A DNA stretch of 64,000 nucleotides, taken from Bacteroidaceae bacterium. Its GTDB lineage: Bacteria > Bacteroidota > Bacteroidia > Bacteroidales > Bacteroidaceae. Shown piece by piece: positions 31,701 through 41,627 of the stretch. How positions within the stretch are numbered: position 1 is the first letter of the stretch; every line of letters starts with the position of its first letter. The DNA is taken from the NCBI GenBank assembly GCA_017647575.1, contig JAGCKJ010000175.1, forward strand, positions 3,271-67,270, written 5' to 3'. The translations under genes and the position numbers were made by a program. The notes under the pieces are model-generated. The model saw only the letters and a list, made by a program, of their open reading frames with translations. It was not told the DNA's origin and did not search any database.

Positions 31701-33173
31701 ATCAGCGTTAGGGTCGTTGTATGTGATTTTACTGCTGATAGTATCATTCAATAGTGAACCATTAATTGCAATGTTGTTGTATGAGTAATTATTGAATCTG
31801 ATACTATTTACATTACCATGGAAAGAACCATTTCTAGGTGATGTAAGTATTTTTCCATTTGTTTTCATCGAAATGGAACACGTTCCGATATTGTTGTTAG
31901 CAATAAGTTTGCCTATTTCCAGTTTGTTGCTACTAATCTCTATTCTTTCATTCTGTGGGTTTAACGCAATAGATACGCTTGCATTTCCAATGTCGCTGAT
32001 TATAGTGGCGTCGGCAGTTAAATCGTTTAATTCACCATTCAGGTAGAACTCTGTGTTGAATTTGCCTATATTTCCAATAATTTCCGGTATCTGTACGTTG
32101 AATCCGGAAAGCTGATTGGTAAGGAACTTGTGCAGATTTGCTGTGGCTGATCCTGAACCAACCCCATTATTTATGCTGAAGTCCTTGACTGAGTAGGGAG
32201 TGGAACCATCATTATTGTTGGTTACGGATGCTGATACGCCAATGTCAAAGGTGTTGTCTGCATCATTAATGTTCAGACTGTTGATTGTATATTTGTTCTT
32301 ATCTCCTTCCGCTTGCAGATTTATTGCAATCTTTTCTGTCATAGTTGCTGTCTGCGGCAGAAAGGCTGTGAAGTCAGCTCCAACTACAGATGATTGCATA
32401 TCGATATTCCAGAGAATACCGGATAAAATACTGGAAGCTTCTATTGTATTAATTCTGATGTTACTGTTTTTTGTGTGCAAATTAAGATTATTCAGCAACA
32501 GATTGTCCTTACCCGCTTTCAGTGCTCCGTTGCCCTTAGTTATGGCAACTCCTGATCGTTCTGTAAATGAAAGATTACGTAATCTTGTGTTTATGGAATC
32601 TGACGATAGATGTTTTAGTGATATTTTTGTAGTTATATCCTCCAGTAGAATGTGTGAATGGTTGAATTTATCAGGGGTACTGACTTCCGAATTTACATTG
32701 TATGCAACCTTTCCGTTCTTGATAAAGATGGAATTGGCTCTTAACTTTATGTTTTTGCTGTTATCAATGTTCTTCTGAGGTTGTACGTGTACCAGAATTG
32801 CACCCAGATTGGTGGCCGATCCGGAGTCTTCCCTGTAAATATTGATATACGGACTAATCAGATTGACTTTGGTGATATCTAGCGAACCTTTCAATAGCGG
32901 TATTAATCTGAATTGCAATTTGACTGTCGATGCAGCAAATAGTGTGTCGCCATTGTGGTCATCTATCAGTAGGTTCTTAAGGGAAATTCCGCATGGATGA
33001 GTAAAACTGAAACTTTCTGCAACTACATCTGTACCTAATGTTTCTGACAGTACTGCACTTGCATAGTTTGCCAAGTCCTGTTGTATTTTTTTATTGTTCA
33101 ACAGAATATGGCTGCCTAATATTGCTGCAATTACTGCAATCAGGATGATATGTATGGCTTTTCCGACTTTCAT
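28785..33173 (-). CDS. tamB: Translocation and assembly module protein TamB-like (DUF490 family)
   Basis: About 1462 aa with a single N-terminal TM helix (KAIHIILIAVIAAILGS) and a long Asn/Ser-rich beta-rich body. The C-terminal block reads ...GDIEVEWLM...GIGIAYEADF. I prefer the ATG at 33173 to the TTG at 33191. Confidence 0.78.
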   Translation of the reverse strand: MKVGKAIHIILIAVIAAILGSHILLNNKKIQQDLANYASAVLSETLGTDVVAESFSFTHPCGISLKNLLIDDHNGDTLFAASTVKLQFRLIPLLKGSLDITKVNLISPYINIYREDSGSATNLGAILVHVQPQKNIDNSKNIKLRANSIFIKNGKVAYNVNSEVSTPDKFNHSHILLEDITTKISLKHLSSDSINTRLRNLSFTERSGVAITKGNGALKAGKDNLLLNNLNLHTKNSNIRINTIEASSILSGILWNIDMQSSVVGADFTAFLPQTATMTEKIAINLQAEGDKNKYTINSLNINDADNTFDIGVSASVTNNNDGSTPYSVKDFSINNGVGSGSATANLHKFLTNQLSGFNVQIPEIIGNIGKFNTEFYLNGELNDLTADATIISDIGNASVSIALNPQNERIEISSNKLEIGKLIANNNIGTCSISMKTNGKILTSPRNGSFHGNVNSIRFNNYSYNNIAINGSLLNDTISSKITYNDPNADVTVLANILPDKTDTYTSLKMDINHLNLSELNFTSRDSLIVSANIVAESMGNTLDLLRGELSIDSLSYYDSGGKFQTDHTFNLTITENSYNRRDLSLKSEIANIDIVGDYLLSTLPHSLAFVLESTLPTFSEWLLNYKSNRHRSQSYYANSFLIDAQLRPTEFYNYVLHIPLEINETINLQCSVNENNGIAKASVYIPDVSYYQNSLLDGNIDFNSDNGDTKVHIKGNYSNNTLGNEVNISFAARNDSLNTNIQWSSAEMDELNLDIAALTTFEHFDKQNKWLKSSHQMKESGITFNNTDWEISKFQIATDSGKVSIDNFRLANNNQSISVDGLISADSTDILDITLRDIDIDNLFKMFNINDIEFSGIASADVTAMSLLESPAFYGEITADNFSFLGSYGGRLVAEGIWNQELECIDIEASMNDEEVSSTLLSGYYSPKNRYLDIDIDAQNTDLYFLNRFTKNIFREVNGNAVGNIRLFGNLDALDLEGKAILKNGILDQSILNTNFIIKHDTVVFEPGKMFFHNVEFYDEFDNKGTLMCNIQHTYLNNFSVQMDADVTNMQVLNIARTESTDIFANVFTTGKINLTADNDIGLIVRADATTAPGTRFGYNLSAGPVADNSFLRIVDSSASTNSVSNETTEKSVRSRKKNKEINTDVQLNFSINCTEDAAIDLLMDPLNGTVFGNGQIRANYSNKQGINLLGRYNVSRGYCDFSLEDLIRKEFRFSEESSHVTFNGHPSTAELNLHTYHTVNSVSLSDLDVNLSSDNNVRVNCLMDITGTVLAPSLAFNIELPQGSQEEKEAIKSSTSTEEQTNLQFMYLLTMGRFYSYDYANTNSNTSPGTVESFFNNTVNTQINNLLSQVVNNNNFSLSSNVTAGSYLNNDPANLTNKELEGILEAHLLNNRLLINGNFGYRENAMTNTSNFIGDIEVEWLMIKKPKISLKGYNKANDKYFSKTSLYTQGIGIAYEADF

Positions 33174-33195
33174 CAATTCGAATTGTTTCAAATGG

Positions 33196-33203
33196 CAAAG
33201 TTA
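33196..33203 (-). promoter_or_regulatory. Putative -7 promoter box (TAnnTTTG) for tamB
   Basis: TAACTTTG on the minus strand lies 22 nt upstream of the ATG at 33173, and downstream of the TTG start in the ORF track. Confidence 0.45.
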
Positions 33204-33360
33204 CATTTTGAAAAACAAATCACGAAAGCTTATCTCTCTTTTTTTTATTATTGATGGTTGTTGATAACAATCACTAATTTTTATTCACAGATTATAATAT
33301 TATTTGTAAATTCGCACCCGATTTTGAATAAGTGTTTTTACAAATATATAAACAAACAAA

Positions 33361-34719
33361 ATGGCAGAAATCATTAGATTGCGAAAAGGCCTGGACATTA
33401 AGTTGTTAGGAACTCCTGCTGAAAAGGTAACAGAGCTTGGAAATGGCGGTACAATAGCATTGTGCCCAAGCGATTTTACAGGCGTTACCCCAAAGGTGGT
33501 GGTTAAGGAACAACAGTCTGTAAAGGCAGGTGAGGCCCTGTTTGTTGACAAAAATCATCCAGAGGTGAAATTCGTTTCTCCTGTAAGTGGTGAAGTTGTT
33601 GCTGTAAACAGAGGCGCTCGTAGAAAGGTGTTAAGCATTGTTGTAAAACCAGATGCTGAACAGCAGTTTGTAGAGTTTGGTAAAAAGAGTGTGCAGTCTC
33701 TGACTAGCGAAGAGATTAAGGCAATCCTGCTTGAATCAGGTTTGTTCGCATTCTTCCGTCAGCGTCCTTATGACGTAATTGCATCTCCAGAAGATTCACC
33801 TCGCGGAATCTTTGTGTCAGCATTCGATTCAAAACCTCTGGCTCCAAAGTTCGAACTTATCCTGAAGGGTAATGAACAGGATTTCCAGACCGGTTTGAGT
33901 GCACTTGCAAAGATTGCTCCAACATCATTGGGCGTAAGCACAGAACAGACATCCGATGCTCTTTTGCAGGCTAAGAATGTTGATGTCTATGCATTCAAGG
34001 GTGCGCATCCTGCTGGTAACGTAGGTGTACAGATCAACCACATCAAACCTGTCAACAAGGGTGAGATTGTATGGACAATAGATCCAGAAGCAGTTATCTT
34101 CATTGGTCGTCTGTTCAACCTAGGCCATATTGAAATGACCAGAATTATTACAGTTGCCGGTGAAAAGATTGAAAATCCTGCTTACATGAAGGTTACTTTA
34201 GGATCGCAGCTGGCTGACATTTTGAAAGGCAACCTGAAGGAGGGTAATGTTCGCGTTATCAACGGTAATGTTCTGACAGGCAACAAGGCTGTGGTTGAAG
34301 ATTACCTGAATGCATTTGCAAATACTGTTAATGCAATTCCTGAAGGTGACGATGTAAATGAATTCATGGGCTGGATAATGCCTCGTTTCAAGGAGTATAG
34401 CGTAAACCGCACATTCTTTGCTTGGCTTACATCACTTCTCTGCCCAAAGAAACAGTTTAGCATTGATGCCAGAATAAAGGGTGGTGAACGTCACATGATT
34501 ATGTCAGGCGAATACGACAAGGTATTCCCAATGGACATCTATCCTGAATATTTGATTAAGGCAATCATTACCGGTAACATCGATAAGATGGAGGCTTACG
34601 GAATTTATGAAGTGGCACCGGAAGATTTTGCTTTGTGTGAGTTTGTTGATTCCTCAAAACTAGAGCTACAGAGAATAGTTCGTGAGGGCTTGGATAACCT
34701 TCGTGCCGAAATGGCCTAA
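33361..34719 (+). CDS. nqrA: Na+-translocating NADH:quinone oxidoreductase subunit A
   Basis: 452 aa. The N-terminus is IRLRKGLDIKLLG, and it is the first gene of a six-gene nqr cluster. Confidence 0.95.
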   Translation: MAEIIRLRKGLDIKLLGTPAEKVTELGNGGTIALCPSDFTGVTPKVVVKEQQSVKAGEALFVDKNHPEVKFVSPVSGEVVAVNRGARRKVLSIVVKPDAEQQFVEFGKKSVQSLTSEEIKAILLESGLFAFFRQRPYDVIASPEDSPRGIFVSAFDSKPLAPKFELILKGNEQDFQTGLSALAKIAPTSLGVSTEQTSDALLQAKNVDVYAFKGAHPAGNVGVQINHIKPVNKGEIVWTIDPEAVIFIGRLFNLGHIEMTRIITVAGEKIENPAYMKVTLGSQLADILKGNLKEGNVRVINGNVLTGNKAVVEDYLNAFANTVNAIPEGDDVNEFMGWIMPRFKEYSVNRTFFAWLTSLLCPKKQFSIDARIKGGERHMIMSGEYDKVFPMDIYPEYLIKAIITGNIDKMEAYGIYEVAPEDFALCEFVDSSKLELQRIVREGLDNLRAEMA

Positions 34720-34731
34720 AATGATTGATAT

Positions 34732-35895
34732 ATGAGCTTAAAAAATTATATAGATCGTATTAAGCCGAATTTTGAAGAGGGTGGTAAATTACAGGCCTTC
34801 CGTTCGGTTTTTGATGGATTTGAAACTTTCCTTTTTGTTCCTAACGCAACTTCAAAGAGCGGTGTGAACATTCATGATGCAATAGACAGCAAGCGTATTA
34901 TGATTATGGTTGTAATAGCTTTGTGTCCTGCATTGTTGTTTGGTATGTATAATGTTGGTTATCAGCATTATTTAGCTGCAGGTTTGCAGATGGATTTCTG
35001 GCCAATGTTCCTGTTTGGTTTCCTGGCTGTTTTACCTCGTATCATTGTATCCTATGTAGTAGGTTTGACAATTGAGTTCGTGGTAGCACAGTGGAAGCAT
35101 GAAGAGATTCAGGAGGGATTCCTTGTGTCAGGTTTCATTATTCCTCTTATTATTCCTGCGACATGTCCACTATGGATTCTTGCTATTGCAGTAGCATTCT
35201 CAGTAATTTTTGCCAAGGAGATTTTTGGCGGTACAGGTATGAACTTCCTGAACGTAGCTCTTATTGCTCGTGCCTTTATCTTCTTTGCATATCCTTCAGT
35301 AATCTCTGGTGATGCTGTATGGGTTGTTGACCATGCAATCTGTGGCTTGGGTGCTAATCTGCCTGACGGCTTTACAGCAGCTACAGCATTGGGTCAGACA
35401 GCTACATCTGCAGCAGCTGCTCCATTCGATATGAACATGATCTGGGGCCTTATCCCGGGTTCAGTTGGTGAAACAAGCGTTATAGCAATAGCTCTTGGTG
35501 CTGCTCTCCTCCTGTACACAGGAATTGCAAGTTGGAAGACAATGTTTTCAGTATTTGTAGGTGGTATCGTAACAGTTCTGTTGTTCAACCAGTTTGGTCC
35601 TGATACAGCAGTTGCAAATATGCCTTGGTATGAACACATCGTACTTGGCGGTTTTGTATTTGGTGCTGTGTTTATGGCTACAGACCCTGTTACATCAGCA
35701 AGAACAGAGATTGGTAAGTATATCTACGGCTTTATGATAGGTATGGTAGCAATTATAGTTAGAGTGTTGAACCCTGGTTATCCAGAAGGTATGATGCTTG
35801 CTATCCTGTTGATGAACTGCTTTGCTCCACTTATTGACTACTGTGTAGTTCAGGCTAATGTGAATAAACGTGCAAAAAGATCAATTAATAAATAA
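34732..35895 (+). CDS. nqrB: Na+-translocating NADH:quinone oxidoreductase subunit B
   Basis: 387 aa and polytopic. The FMN-attachment region is FMATDPVTSA. Confidence 0.95.
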   Translation: MSLKNYIDRIKPNFEEGGKLQAFRSVFDGFETFLFVPNATSKSGVNIHDAIDSKRIMIMVVIALCPALLFGMYNVGYQHYLAAGLQMDFWPMFLFGFLAVLPRIIVSYVVGLTIEFVVAQWKHEEIQEGFLVSGFIIPLIIPATCPLWILAIAVAFSVIFAKEIFGGTGMNFLNVALIARAFIFFAYPSVISGDAVWVVDHAICGLGANLPDGFTAATALGQTATSAAAAPFDMNMIWGLIPGSVGETSVIAIALGAALLLYTGIASWKTMFSVFVGGIVTVLLFNQFGPDTAVANMPWYEHIVLGGFVFGAVFMATDPVTSARTEIGKYIYGFMIGMVAIIVRVLNPGYPEGMMLAILLMNCFAPLIDYCVVQANVNKRAKRSINK

Positions 35896-35900
35896 GGTAT

Positions 35901-36704
35901 ATGGCTGCAAAAGAATTTAAATGTACAGTTTGTGGCTATGTCCACAAAGGCGATAAGGCTCCGGATGTATGCCCATTGTGTCAGGCACCTGCATCAAAGT
36001 TTGAGCCTGTAAAGAAAGAGCTGAATACAAATGGTAACGTTTATACAGTGGTTTATGCTGCTGTGATGGTTATTATTGTAGCATTCTTGTTGGTATTTGT
36101 TTCTGACTCATTGAAAGAGCGTCAGCAGGTAAACGTTATTCAGGATACATACAAACAGATCCTTTACTCTTTGAATATCAGAGAAATTGGAGATGTATCT
36201 GCTACTTACAATTCTACTATCGAGGGCGATTATCTGTTGAACTCTAATGGTAGCTTGAAGAAAAACGACGGTGAATTCTGCACAAGCTATAAAACAGAAT
36301 TCAAGAATGGCCGTTTGCATGTTTTCAAGGCTGTTGTTAATGGTGAAACCAAGTATGTTATTCCTGTAAACGGTTTAGGTCTGTGGGGTGATATCTGGGG
36401 ATACGTTGCATTAAACGAAGATTGCAAGACCGTTTATGGAACATATTTCTCACATGCTTCAGAAACTCCGGGCTTGGGTGGTGAACTAGCTCAGCAGTAT
36501 GTTCAGGAACGCTTCATTGGTAAGAAAGTTCATGATGGCTCAGATATAACACTTACAGTTGTTAAGTTTGGTCAGGCTAAGAATGATGAGTCCAAGGTTG
36601 ATGGTATGACAGGTGCTACAATCACATCAAATGGTGTGAATAGCATGTTGAGAACAGTATTGGAGGCTTATAAACCTTTTATATTGTCAAATAGTAACAA
36701 GTAA
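35901..36704 (+). CDS. nqrC: Na+-translocating NADH:quinone oxidoreductase subunit C with an N-terminal rubredoxin-like Cys4 ribbon extension
   Basis: 267 aa. Residues 8-27 read CTVCGYVHKGDKAPDVCPLC (CxxC-12-CxxC), followed by one TM helix. The canonical NqrC body carries the FMN-attachment motif DGMTGATITS. Confidence 0.9.
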   Translation: MAAKEFKCTVCGYVHKGDKAPDVCPLCQAPASKFEPVKKELNTNGNVYTVVYAAVMVIIVAFLLVFVSDSLKERQQVNVIQDTYKQILYSLNIREIGDVSATYNSTIEGDYLLNSNGSLKKNDGEFCTSYKTEFKNGRLHVFKAVVNGETKYVIPVNGLGLWGDIWGYVALNEDCKTVYGTYFSHASETPGLGGELAQQYVQERFIGKKVHDGSDITLTVVKFGQAKNDESKVDGMTGATITSNGVNSMLRTVLEAYKPFILSNSNK

Positions 36705-36726
36705 TAACGATATTTGAGTAACTAAT

Positions 36727-37347
36727 ATGGCTAATAAGAATAAAGAAATTTTAGGACAGCCTATCTGGGGCAACAACCCTGTTGTTGTTCAGATTTTGGG
36801 TATCTGTTCTGCTTTGGCGGTAACAGCTCAGCTTAAACCGGCAATTGTTATGGGTTTGTCTGTAACAGTTATTGTAGCTCTCTCTAATGTTGTTATTTCA
36901 TTGTTGAGAAAGACTATTCCTAACCGTATCAGAATTATTGTACAGTTGGTGGTTGTTGCTGCACTGGTAACTATTGTTAGTGAGATTTTGAAGGCTTTTG
37001 CATACGATGTTAGTGTGCAGTTGTCAGTATATATTGGTCTTATCATTACAAACTGTATCCTTATGGGACGTTTGGAAGCATTTGCTATGCAGAATGGTCC
37101 AAAGGAGTCTCTGCTGGATGGTATAGGTAACGGACTTGGTTATGCAGCAATCCTGATTGCAGTTGCGTTTGTTCGCGAACTGTTGGGTAGCGGTACATTG
37201 TTCGGCTTCCAGGTAATACCACAGTGGTGTTATGATCATGGCTATATGAATAATGGTATGATGCTTATGTCACCAATGGCACTGATTTTGGTTGGTTGCA
37301 TTATTTGGATACACAGAGCACAGTTTAAAGATTTACAAGAGAAATAA
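36727..37347 (+). CDS. nqrD: Na+-translocating NADH:quinone oxidoreductase subunit D
   Basis: 206 aa and polytopic. NPVVVQILGICSALAVT is typical of the NqrD/RnfE family, and the operon position fits. Confidence 0.93.
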   Translation: MANKNKEILGQPIWGNNPVVVQILGICSALAVTAQLKPAIVMGLSVTVIVALSNVVISLLRKTIPNRIRIIVQLVVVAALVTIVSEILKAFAYDVSVQLSVYIGLIITNCILMGRLEAFAMQNGPKESLLDGIGNGLGYAAILIAVAFVRELLGSGTLFGFQVIPQWCYDHGYMNNGMMLMSPMALILVGCIIWIHRAQFKDLQEK

Positions 37348-37367
37348 TTTAAAGGCGGAAATTAATT

Positions 37368-37994
37368 ATGGAACACTTTTTTAGTCTGTTTGTAAGGTCG
37401 ATTTTCGTCGACAATATGATTTTTGCATTCTTCCTGGGTATGTGTTCATACCTTGCAGTATCAAAGAATGTAAAAACTGCGTTAGGTTTAGGTGTAGCAG
37501 TTATTTTTGTGCAGTTGATTACACTGCCTGTTAACTATCTGCTTCAGACAAAGGTTTTAGGCCCTGATTGTTTGGTTGAGGGTGTAGATTTGTCATTCCT
37601 AAGTTTCATTCTGTTTATAGCGGTAATTGCAGGTATAGTTCAGCTTGTTGAGATGATTGTAGAGAAGGTTTCTCCATCTCTGTATGCAACACTCGGTATA
37701 TTCCTGCCTCTGATTGCTGTAAACTGTGCTATTATGGGTGGTTCTCTCTTTATGCAGCAGCGCGTAGGTATGGATCCTGCATCAACTCAGGCTATTGCTT
37801 GTTTTGGTGATTCAGTAGCATTCGCATTGGGTTCAGGTATTGGTTGGTTGATAGCAATCGTATGTCTGGCTGCTATTCGTGAGAAACTTGAATATAGTGA
37901 TGTTCCTGCTCCATTGAAAGGTGTAGGTATTACATTCATAACAGTAGGTCTGATGTCTATGGCATTTATGTGCTTCTCAGGACTTGCACTATAA
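37368..37994 (+). CDS. nqrE: Na+-translocating NADH:quinone oxidoreductase subunit E
   Basis: 208 aa and polytopic. [11 protein letters not shown] and IAVNCAIMG are NqrE/RnfA-type motifs. Confidence 0.93.
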   Translation: MEHFFSLFVRSIFVDNMIFAFFLGMCSYLAVSKNVKTALGLGVAVIFVQLITLPVNYLLQTKVLGPDCLVEGVDLSFLSFILFIAVIAGIVQLVEMIVEKVSPSLYATLGIFLPLIAVNCAIMGGSLFMQQRVGMDPASTQAIACFGDSVAFALGSGIGWLIAIVCLAAIREKLEYSDVPAPLKGVGITFITVGLMSMAFMCFSGLAL

Positions 37995-38009
37995 TAAAGA
38001 GGAGGAATT

Positions 38010-39278
38010 ATGAGTTTATATATTTCAGCTATAATAGTATTTTTGATCGTAATCATGCTGCTGGTAGTTATTCTGCTGGTTGCAAAGATGTATCTGGTTC
38101 AGTCAGGTAAGGTAAAAGTTACGATTAATGGAGAGAAAGAGATTGAGGTAAATTCAGGAGCCAGCCTTCTGACAACTCTTTCTGAGAATGGTATATTCCT
38201 TCCATCTGCATGTGGTGGTAAGGGTTCTTGTGGCCAGTGTAAGTGTCAGGTTCCTGAAGGAGGTGGTGAAATCCTCGATTCAGAAAAGGGACATTTTACC
38301 CGCAGACAAATTAAGGACAACTGGCGCTTAGGTTGTCAGTGTAAGATTAAGGGTGATATCTCAATCAAGGTACCTGAAAGCGTAATGGGTGTTAAAGAGT
38401 GGGAGTGTACTGTTATCTCAAACAAGAACGTTGCTACATTTATCAAGGAGTTTATTGTTGCTCTGCCTGAGGGTGAACACATGGATTTCTTGCCAGGTAG
38501 CTATGCTCAGATCAAGATTCCTACATATAACATGGATTATGACAAGGATATCGATAAGGATTTGATTGGTGAAGAGTATTTGCCGGCATGGAAAAACTTT
38601 GGTCTGTTTAACCTGAAATGTAAGAACGAAGAGGAGACTATTCGTGCTTACTCAATGGCCAACTATCCTGCAGAAGGCGACCGTATTATGTTGACAGTTC
38701 GTATTGCAACTCCTCCGTTTAAACCAAAAGAACAGGGTGGTGGCTTTATGGATGTTATGCCTGGTATTGCTTCATCTTACATCTTTACATTGAAACCAGG
38801 TGATAAGGTTACAATGAGTGGTCCTTATGGTGATTTCCATCCTATCTTCGATTCAAAGAAAGAGATGATTTGGGTAGGTGGTGGTGCCGGTATGGCTCCT
38901 TTGCGTGCTCAGATTATGCACCTGACCAAGACTCTTAAGACAACTGACAGAAAGATGTCTTATTTCTATGGCGCACGTGCTTTGAACGAAGTATTCTATC
39001 TGGAAGATTTCTTGCAGATAGAGAAGGACTTCCCTAACTTTACATTTAACCTTGCTCTGGACCGTCCGGATCCTGCAGCTGATGCAGCTGGTGTAAAATA
39101 TACAGCAGGTTTTGTTCACAATGTAATGTATGAAACTTATCTGAAGGATCATGAAGCTCCGGAAGATGTTGAGTACTACATGTGTGGTCCTGGTCCAATG
39201 TCAAAGGCTGTTACAGGAATGTTGTATAACCTTGGCGTTGAAGAAAAGTCAATTATGTACGATAATTTTGGTGGATAA
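38010..39278 (+). CDS. nqrF: Na+-translocating NADH:quinone oxidoreductase subunit F
   Basis: 422 aa with an N-terminal TM helix. The 2Fe-2S motif is CGGKGSCGQCKC. The FAD motif is RAYSMAN, followed by an NADH-binding domain. Confidence 0.96.
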   Translation: MSLYISAIIVFLIVIMLLVVILLVAKMYLVQSGKVKVTINGEKEIEVNSGASLLTTLSENGIFLPSACGGKGSCGQCKCQVPEGGGEILDSEKGHFTRRQIKDNWRLGCQCKIKGDISIKVPESVMGVKEWECTVISNKNVATFIKEFIVALPEGEHMDFLPGSYAQIKIPTYNMDYDKDIDKDLIGEEYLPAWKNFGLFNLKCKNEEETIRAYSMANYPAEGDRIMLTVRIATPPFKPKEQGGGFMDVMPGIASSYIFTLKPGDKVTMSGPYGDFHPIFDSKKEMIWVGGGAGMAPLRAQIMHLTKTLKTTDRKMSYFYGARALNEVFYLEDFLQIEKDFPNFTFNLALDRPDPAADAAGVKYTAGFVHNVMYETYLKDHEAPEDVEYYMCGPGPMSKAVTGMLYNLGVEEKSIMYDNFGG

Positions 39279-39310
39279 TTTTCTTTTAGTTCAAGATTAA
39301 AATAAGTAAA

Positions 39311-39350
39311 AGCGAATCTCCTGTTTTCAGGTGGTTCGCTTTTATGTTTT
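39311..39350 (+). terminator. Rho-independent terminator after nqrF
   Basis: AGCGAA (39311-39316) pairs with TTCGCT (39335-39340), with an inner CCTG/CAGG pairing. It is followed by TTTATGTTTT. Confidence 0.65.
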
Positions 39351-39571
39351 GTGTGCAATTGCAAAAATATTGCATAAAAGTGGTATTTATTATCTTTTTG
39401 TTAGTCTTTTGGTTGTAGTGCTGTTTAAAAATAGCAAATAGTCATAAAATTGGCTTGAAAAATTACAAAGTGTAAAATGAATAAAACAAATTGCTTTCAA
39501 AATAATTGAATATTGTTGAAAACTTTGTCATTTTTGTTAGGAAAATAGTTGTTTAGATGGAAATAAGGATA

Positions 39572-39579
39572 TACCTTTG
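39572..39579 (+). promoter_or_regulatory. Putative -7 promoter box (TAnnTTTG) for serC
   Basis: TACCTTTG lies 44 nt before the ATG at 39624. Confidence 0.45.
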
Positions 39580-39623
39580 CGCCGTCAAACGAAAATAATA
39601 ACTAAAAAACAAAATATACAGCT

Positions 39624-40688
39624 ATGAAGCATAATTTTTGCGCAGGACCAGCAGTCCTACCACAAGAGGTAATTGAGAAGTCAGCTAAAGCAGTTTTTGA
39701 TTTTGCAGGAACAGGTATTTCTCTTTTGTCTATCAGTCATCGTTCAAAGGAATTTAAGCCGGTAGTTGATGAAGCTGAGGCTCTGATCAAAGAGATACTG
39801 GATATTCCAGAGGGCTATTCAGTGCTTTTCCTTGCAGGTGGTGCAAGTATGGAGTTCTGCAGAGTTCCTTTTAACTTCCTGAATAAGAAAGCAGCTTATC
39901 TGAATACAGGTGTGTGGGCTAAGAAGGCTTTGAAAGAGGCAAAGGCTTTTGGTGAAGTTGTAGAGGTTGCTTCATCTGCTGATAAAAATTATACATATAT
40001 CCCTAAGGATTTTGAAATTCCTGCAGATGCAGATTATTTCCACTTTACAACTAACAACACTATCTATGGTACACAGATTCGCAAGGATCTGGACAGCCCA
40101 GTACAGTTGATAGCAGATATGTCTTCAGATATCTTCTCACGTCCTATCGATGTAAGTAAATATAACTGTATCTATGGTGGCGCTCAGAAGAATCTTGCTC
40201 CTTCAGGTATGGCATTTGTAATTGTTAAGAATGATGCTTTGGGTAAGGTTGAAAGAGAGATTCCTACAATATTGAATTACCAGACTCATATTGATAACGG
40301 TTCAATGTTTAACACTCCTCCTACATTCACACTGTATTCAGCAATGGAATCACTCCGCTGGTTGAAGGCCAATGGCGGTGTTAAGGAGATGGCAGTACGT
40401 GCAGAACAGCGTGCAGAAAAGCTTTATGGTGAAATTGATCGCAATAAGCTGTTCGTTGGTACAGCAGTAGAAGAGGATCGTTCTCATATGAATATCTGTT
40501 GGGTAATGGCAGAAGAGTATAAGGAACTTGAAGATGACTTCATGAAGTTTGCACAGGCTCAGGGTATGGTTGGAATAAAAGGTCACCGTTCAGTTGGTGG
40601 TTTCCGTGCTTCTTGCTACAATGCACTTCCAATGGAGAGTGTTGATGCTCTGATTGCTTGCATGAAAGAATATGAATTGAAACATTGA
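39624..40688 (+). CDS. serC: Phosphoserine aminotransferase
   Basis: 354 aa. The sequence shows [13 protein letters not shown] and the PLP-Lys region [12 protein letters not shown]. Confidence 0.95.
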   Translation: MKHNFCAGPAVLPQEVIEKSAKAVFDFAGTGISLLSISHRSKEFKPVVDEAEALIKEILDIPEGYSVLFLAGGASMEFCRVPFNFLNKKAAYLNTGVWAKKALKEAKAFGEVVEVASSADKNYTYIPKDFEIPADADYFHFTTNNTIYGTQIRKDLDSPVQLIADMSSDIFSRPIDVSKYNCIYGGAQKNLAPSGMAFVIVKNDALGKVEREIPTILNYQTHIDNGSMFNTPPTFTLYSAMESLRWLKANGGVKEMAVRAEQRAEKLYGEIDRNKLFVGTAVEEDRSHMNICWVMAEEYKELEDDFMKFAQAQGMVGIKGHRSVGGFRASCYNALPMESVDALIACMKEYELKH

Positions 40689-40706
40689 TCTATAAACAGC
40701 TGAATT

Positions 40707-41627
40707 ATGAAAGTATTACTTGCTACAACAAAACCATTTGCAAAGGTTGCAGTTGATGGAATTCGTAATGTTATAGAGGGTGCCGGATTTGAGTTGGCAC
40801 TTCTGGAAAAATATACAGAGAAATCGGCTTTGTTAGAGGCTGTTGCCGATGCTGATGCAATAATTATTCGCAGTGATATTATTGATGCAGAGGTGTTTGA
40901 TGCAGCAAAACAACTGAAAATAGTTGTACGTGCCGGTGCGGGTTATGATAATGTAGATTTGGCAGCTGCTACAGCTCATGGAGTTTGTGTAATGAATACT
41001 CCGGGTCAGAATGCAAACGCAGTAGCAGAATTGGTGTTTGGTTTGATGGTCTTTGCAGTTCGTAACTTCTATAATGGTACATCAGGTACAGAACTGATGG
41101 GTAAGAAATTAGGTATTCATGCTTTTGGTAATGTGGGCCGTAATGTAGCTCGCATAGCAAAAGGCTTTGGAATGGATGTTTGCGCATACGATGCTTATTG
41201 CCCTAAGGAGGTGATTGAGCAGGCTGGAGTTCAGGCTATGGATTCAGTAGAACAGATGTATAAAGAGTGTCAGTTTATCTCTTTGCATCTTCCTGCAACA
41301 GATGAAACCCGTGGTTCAATCAATGCAGAACTTATTGGTATGATGCCAAAGAATGCAGTTGTTGTAAATTCAGCACGTAAGGAGATTATCAATGAAGAAG
41401 AACTTATTGCATTGATGCAGGAGCGTACCGATATTAAATTTGTGACTGATATTCAGCCTTCAAATGCTGCAAAATTTGAAGAACTGTTTGCTGACAGATA
41501 TTTCTCAACACCTAAAAAGATGGGTGCTCAGACAGCAGAGGCAAATATCAATGCAGGTATAGCAGCAGCAAATCAGATTGTTGGATTCATCAAGGATGGA
41601 TGCACAAAATTCATGGTAAACAGATAA
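40707..41627 (+). CDS. serA: D-3-phosphoglycerate dehydrogenase (short form, D-2-hydroxyacid dehydrogenase family)
   Basis: 306 aa. The NAD-binding motif is GIHAFGNVGRNVA. It lies directly downstream of serC. Confidence 0.85.
   Translation: MKVLLATTKPFAKVAVDGIRNVIEGAGFELALLEKYTEKSALLEAVADADAIIIRSDIIDAEVFDAAKQLKIVVRAGAGYDNVDLAAATAHGVCVMNTPGQNANAVAELVFGLMVFAVRNFYNGTSGTELMGKKLGIHAFGNVGRNVARIAKGFGMDVCAYDAYCPKEVIEQAGVQAMDSVEQMYKECQFISLHLPATDETRGSINAELIGMMPKNAVVVNSARKEIINEEELIALMQERTDIKFVTDIQPSNAAKFEELFADRYFSTPKKMGAQTAEANINAGIAAANQIVGFIKDGCTKFMVNR

Noticed and set aside
28785-33173. TamB-like gene without an adjacent TamA/BamA-like partner
   Set aside because: The absence of a neighbour within this window is not informative, since the partner may be encoded elsewhere. 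I saw nothing unusual in the sequence itself.
39279-39623. 345-bp AT-rich spacer upstream of serC, examined for tRNA, sRNA or riboswitch-like structure
   Set aside because: I found only short palindromes (for example TGCAATTGCA), no cloverleaf, and no conserved riboswitch blocks that I recognise. The -7 box near its 3' end explains the promoter function.
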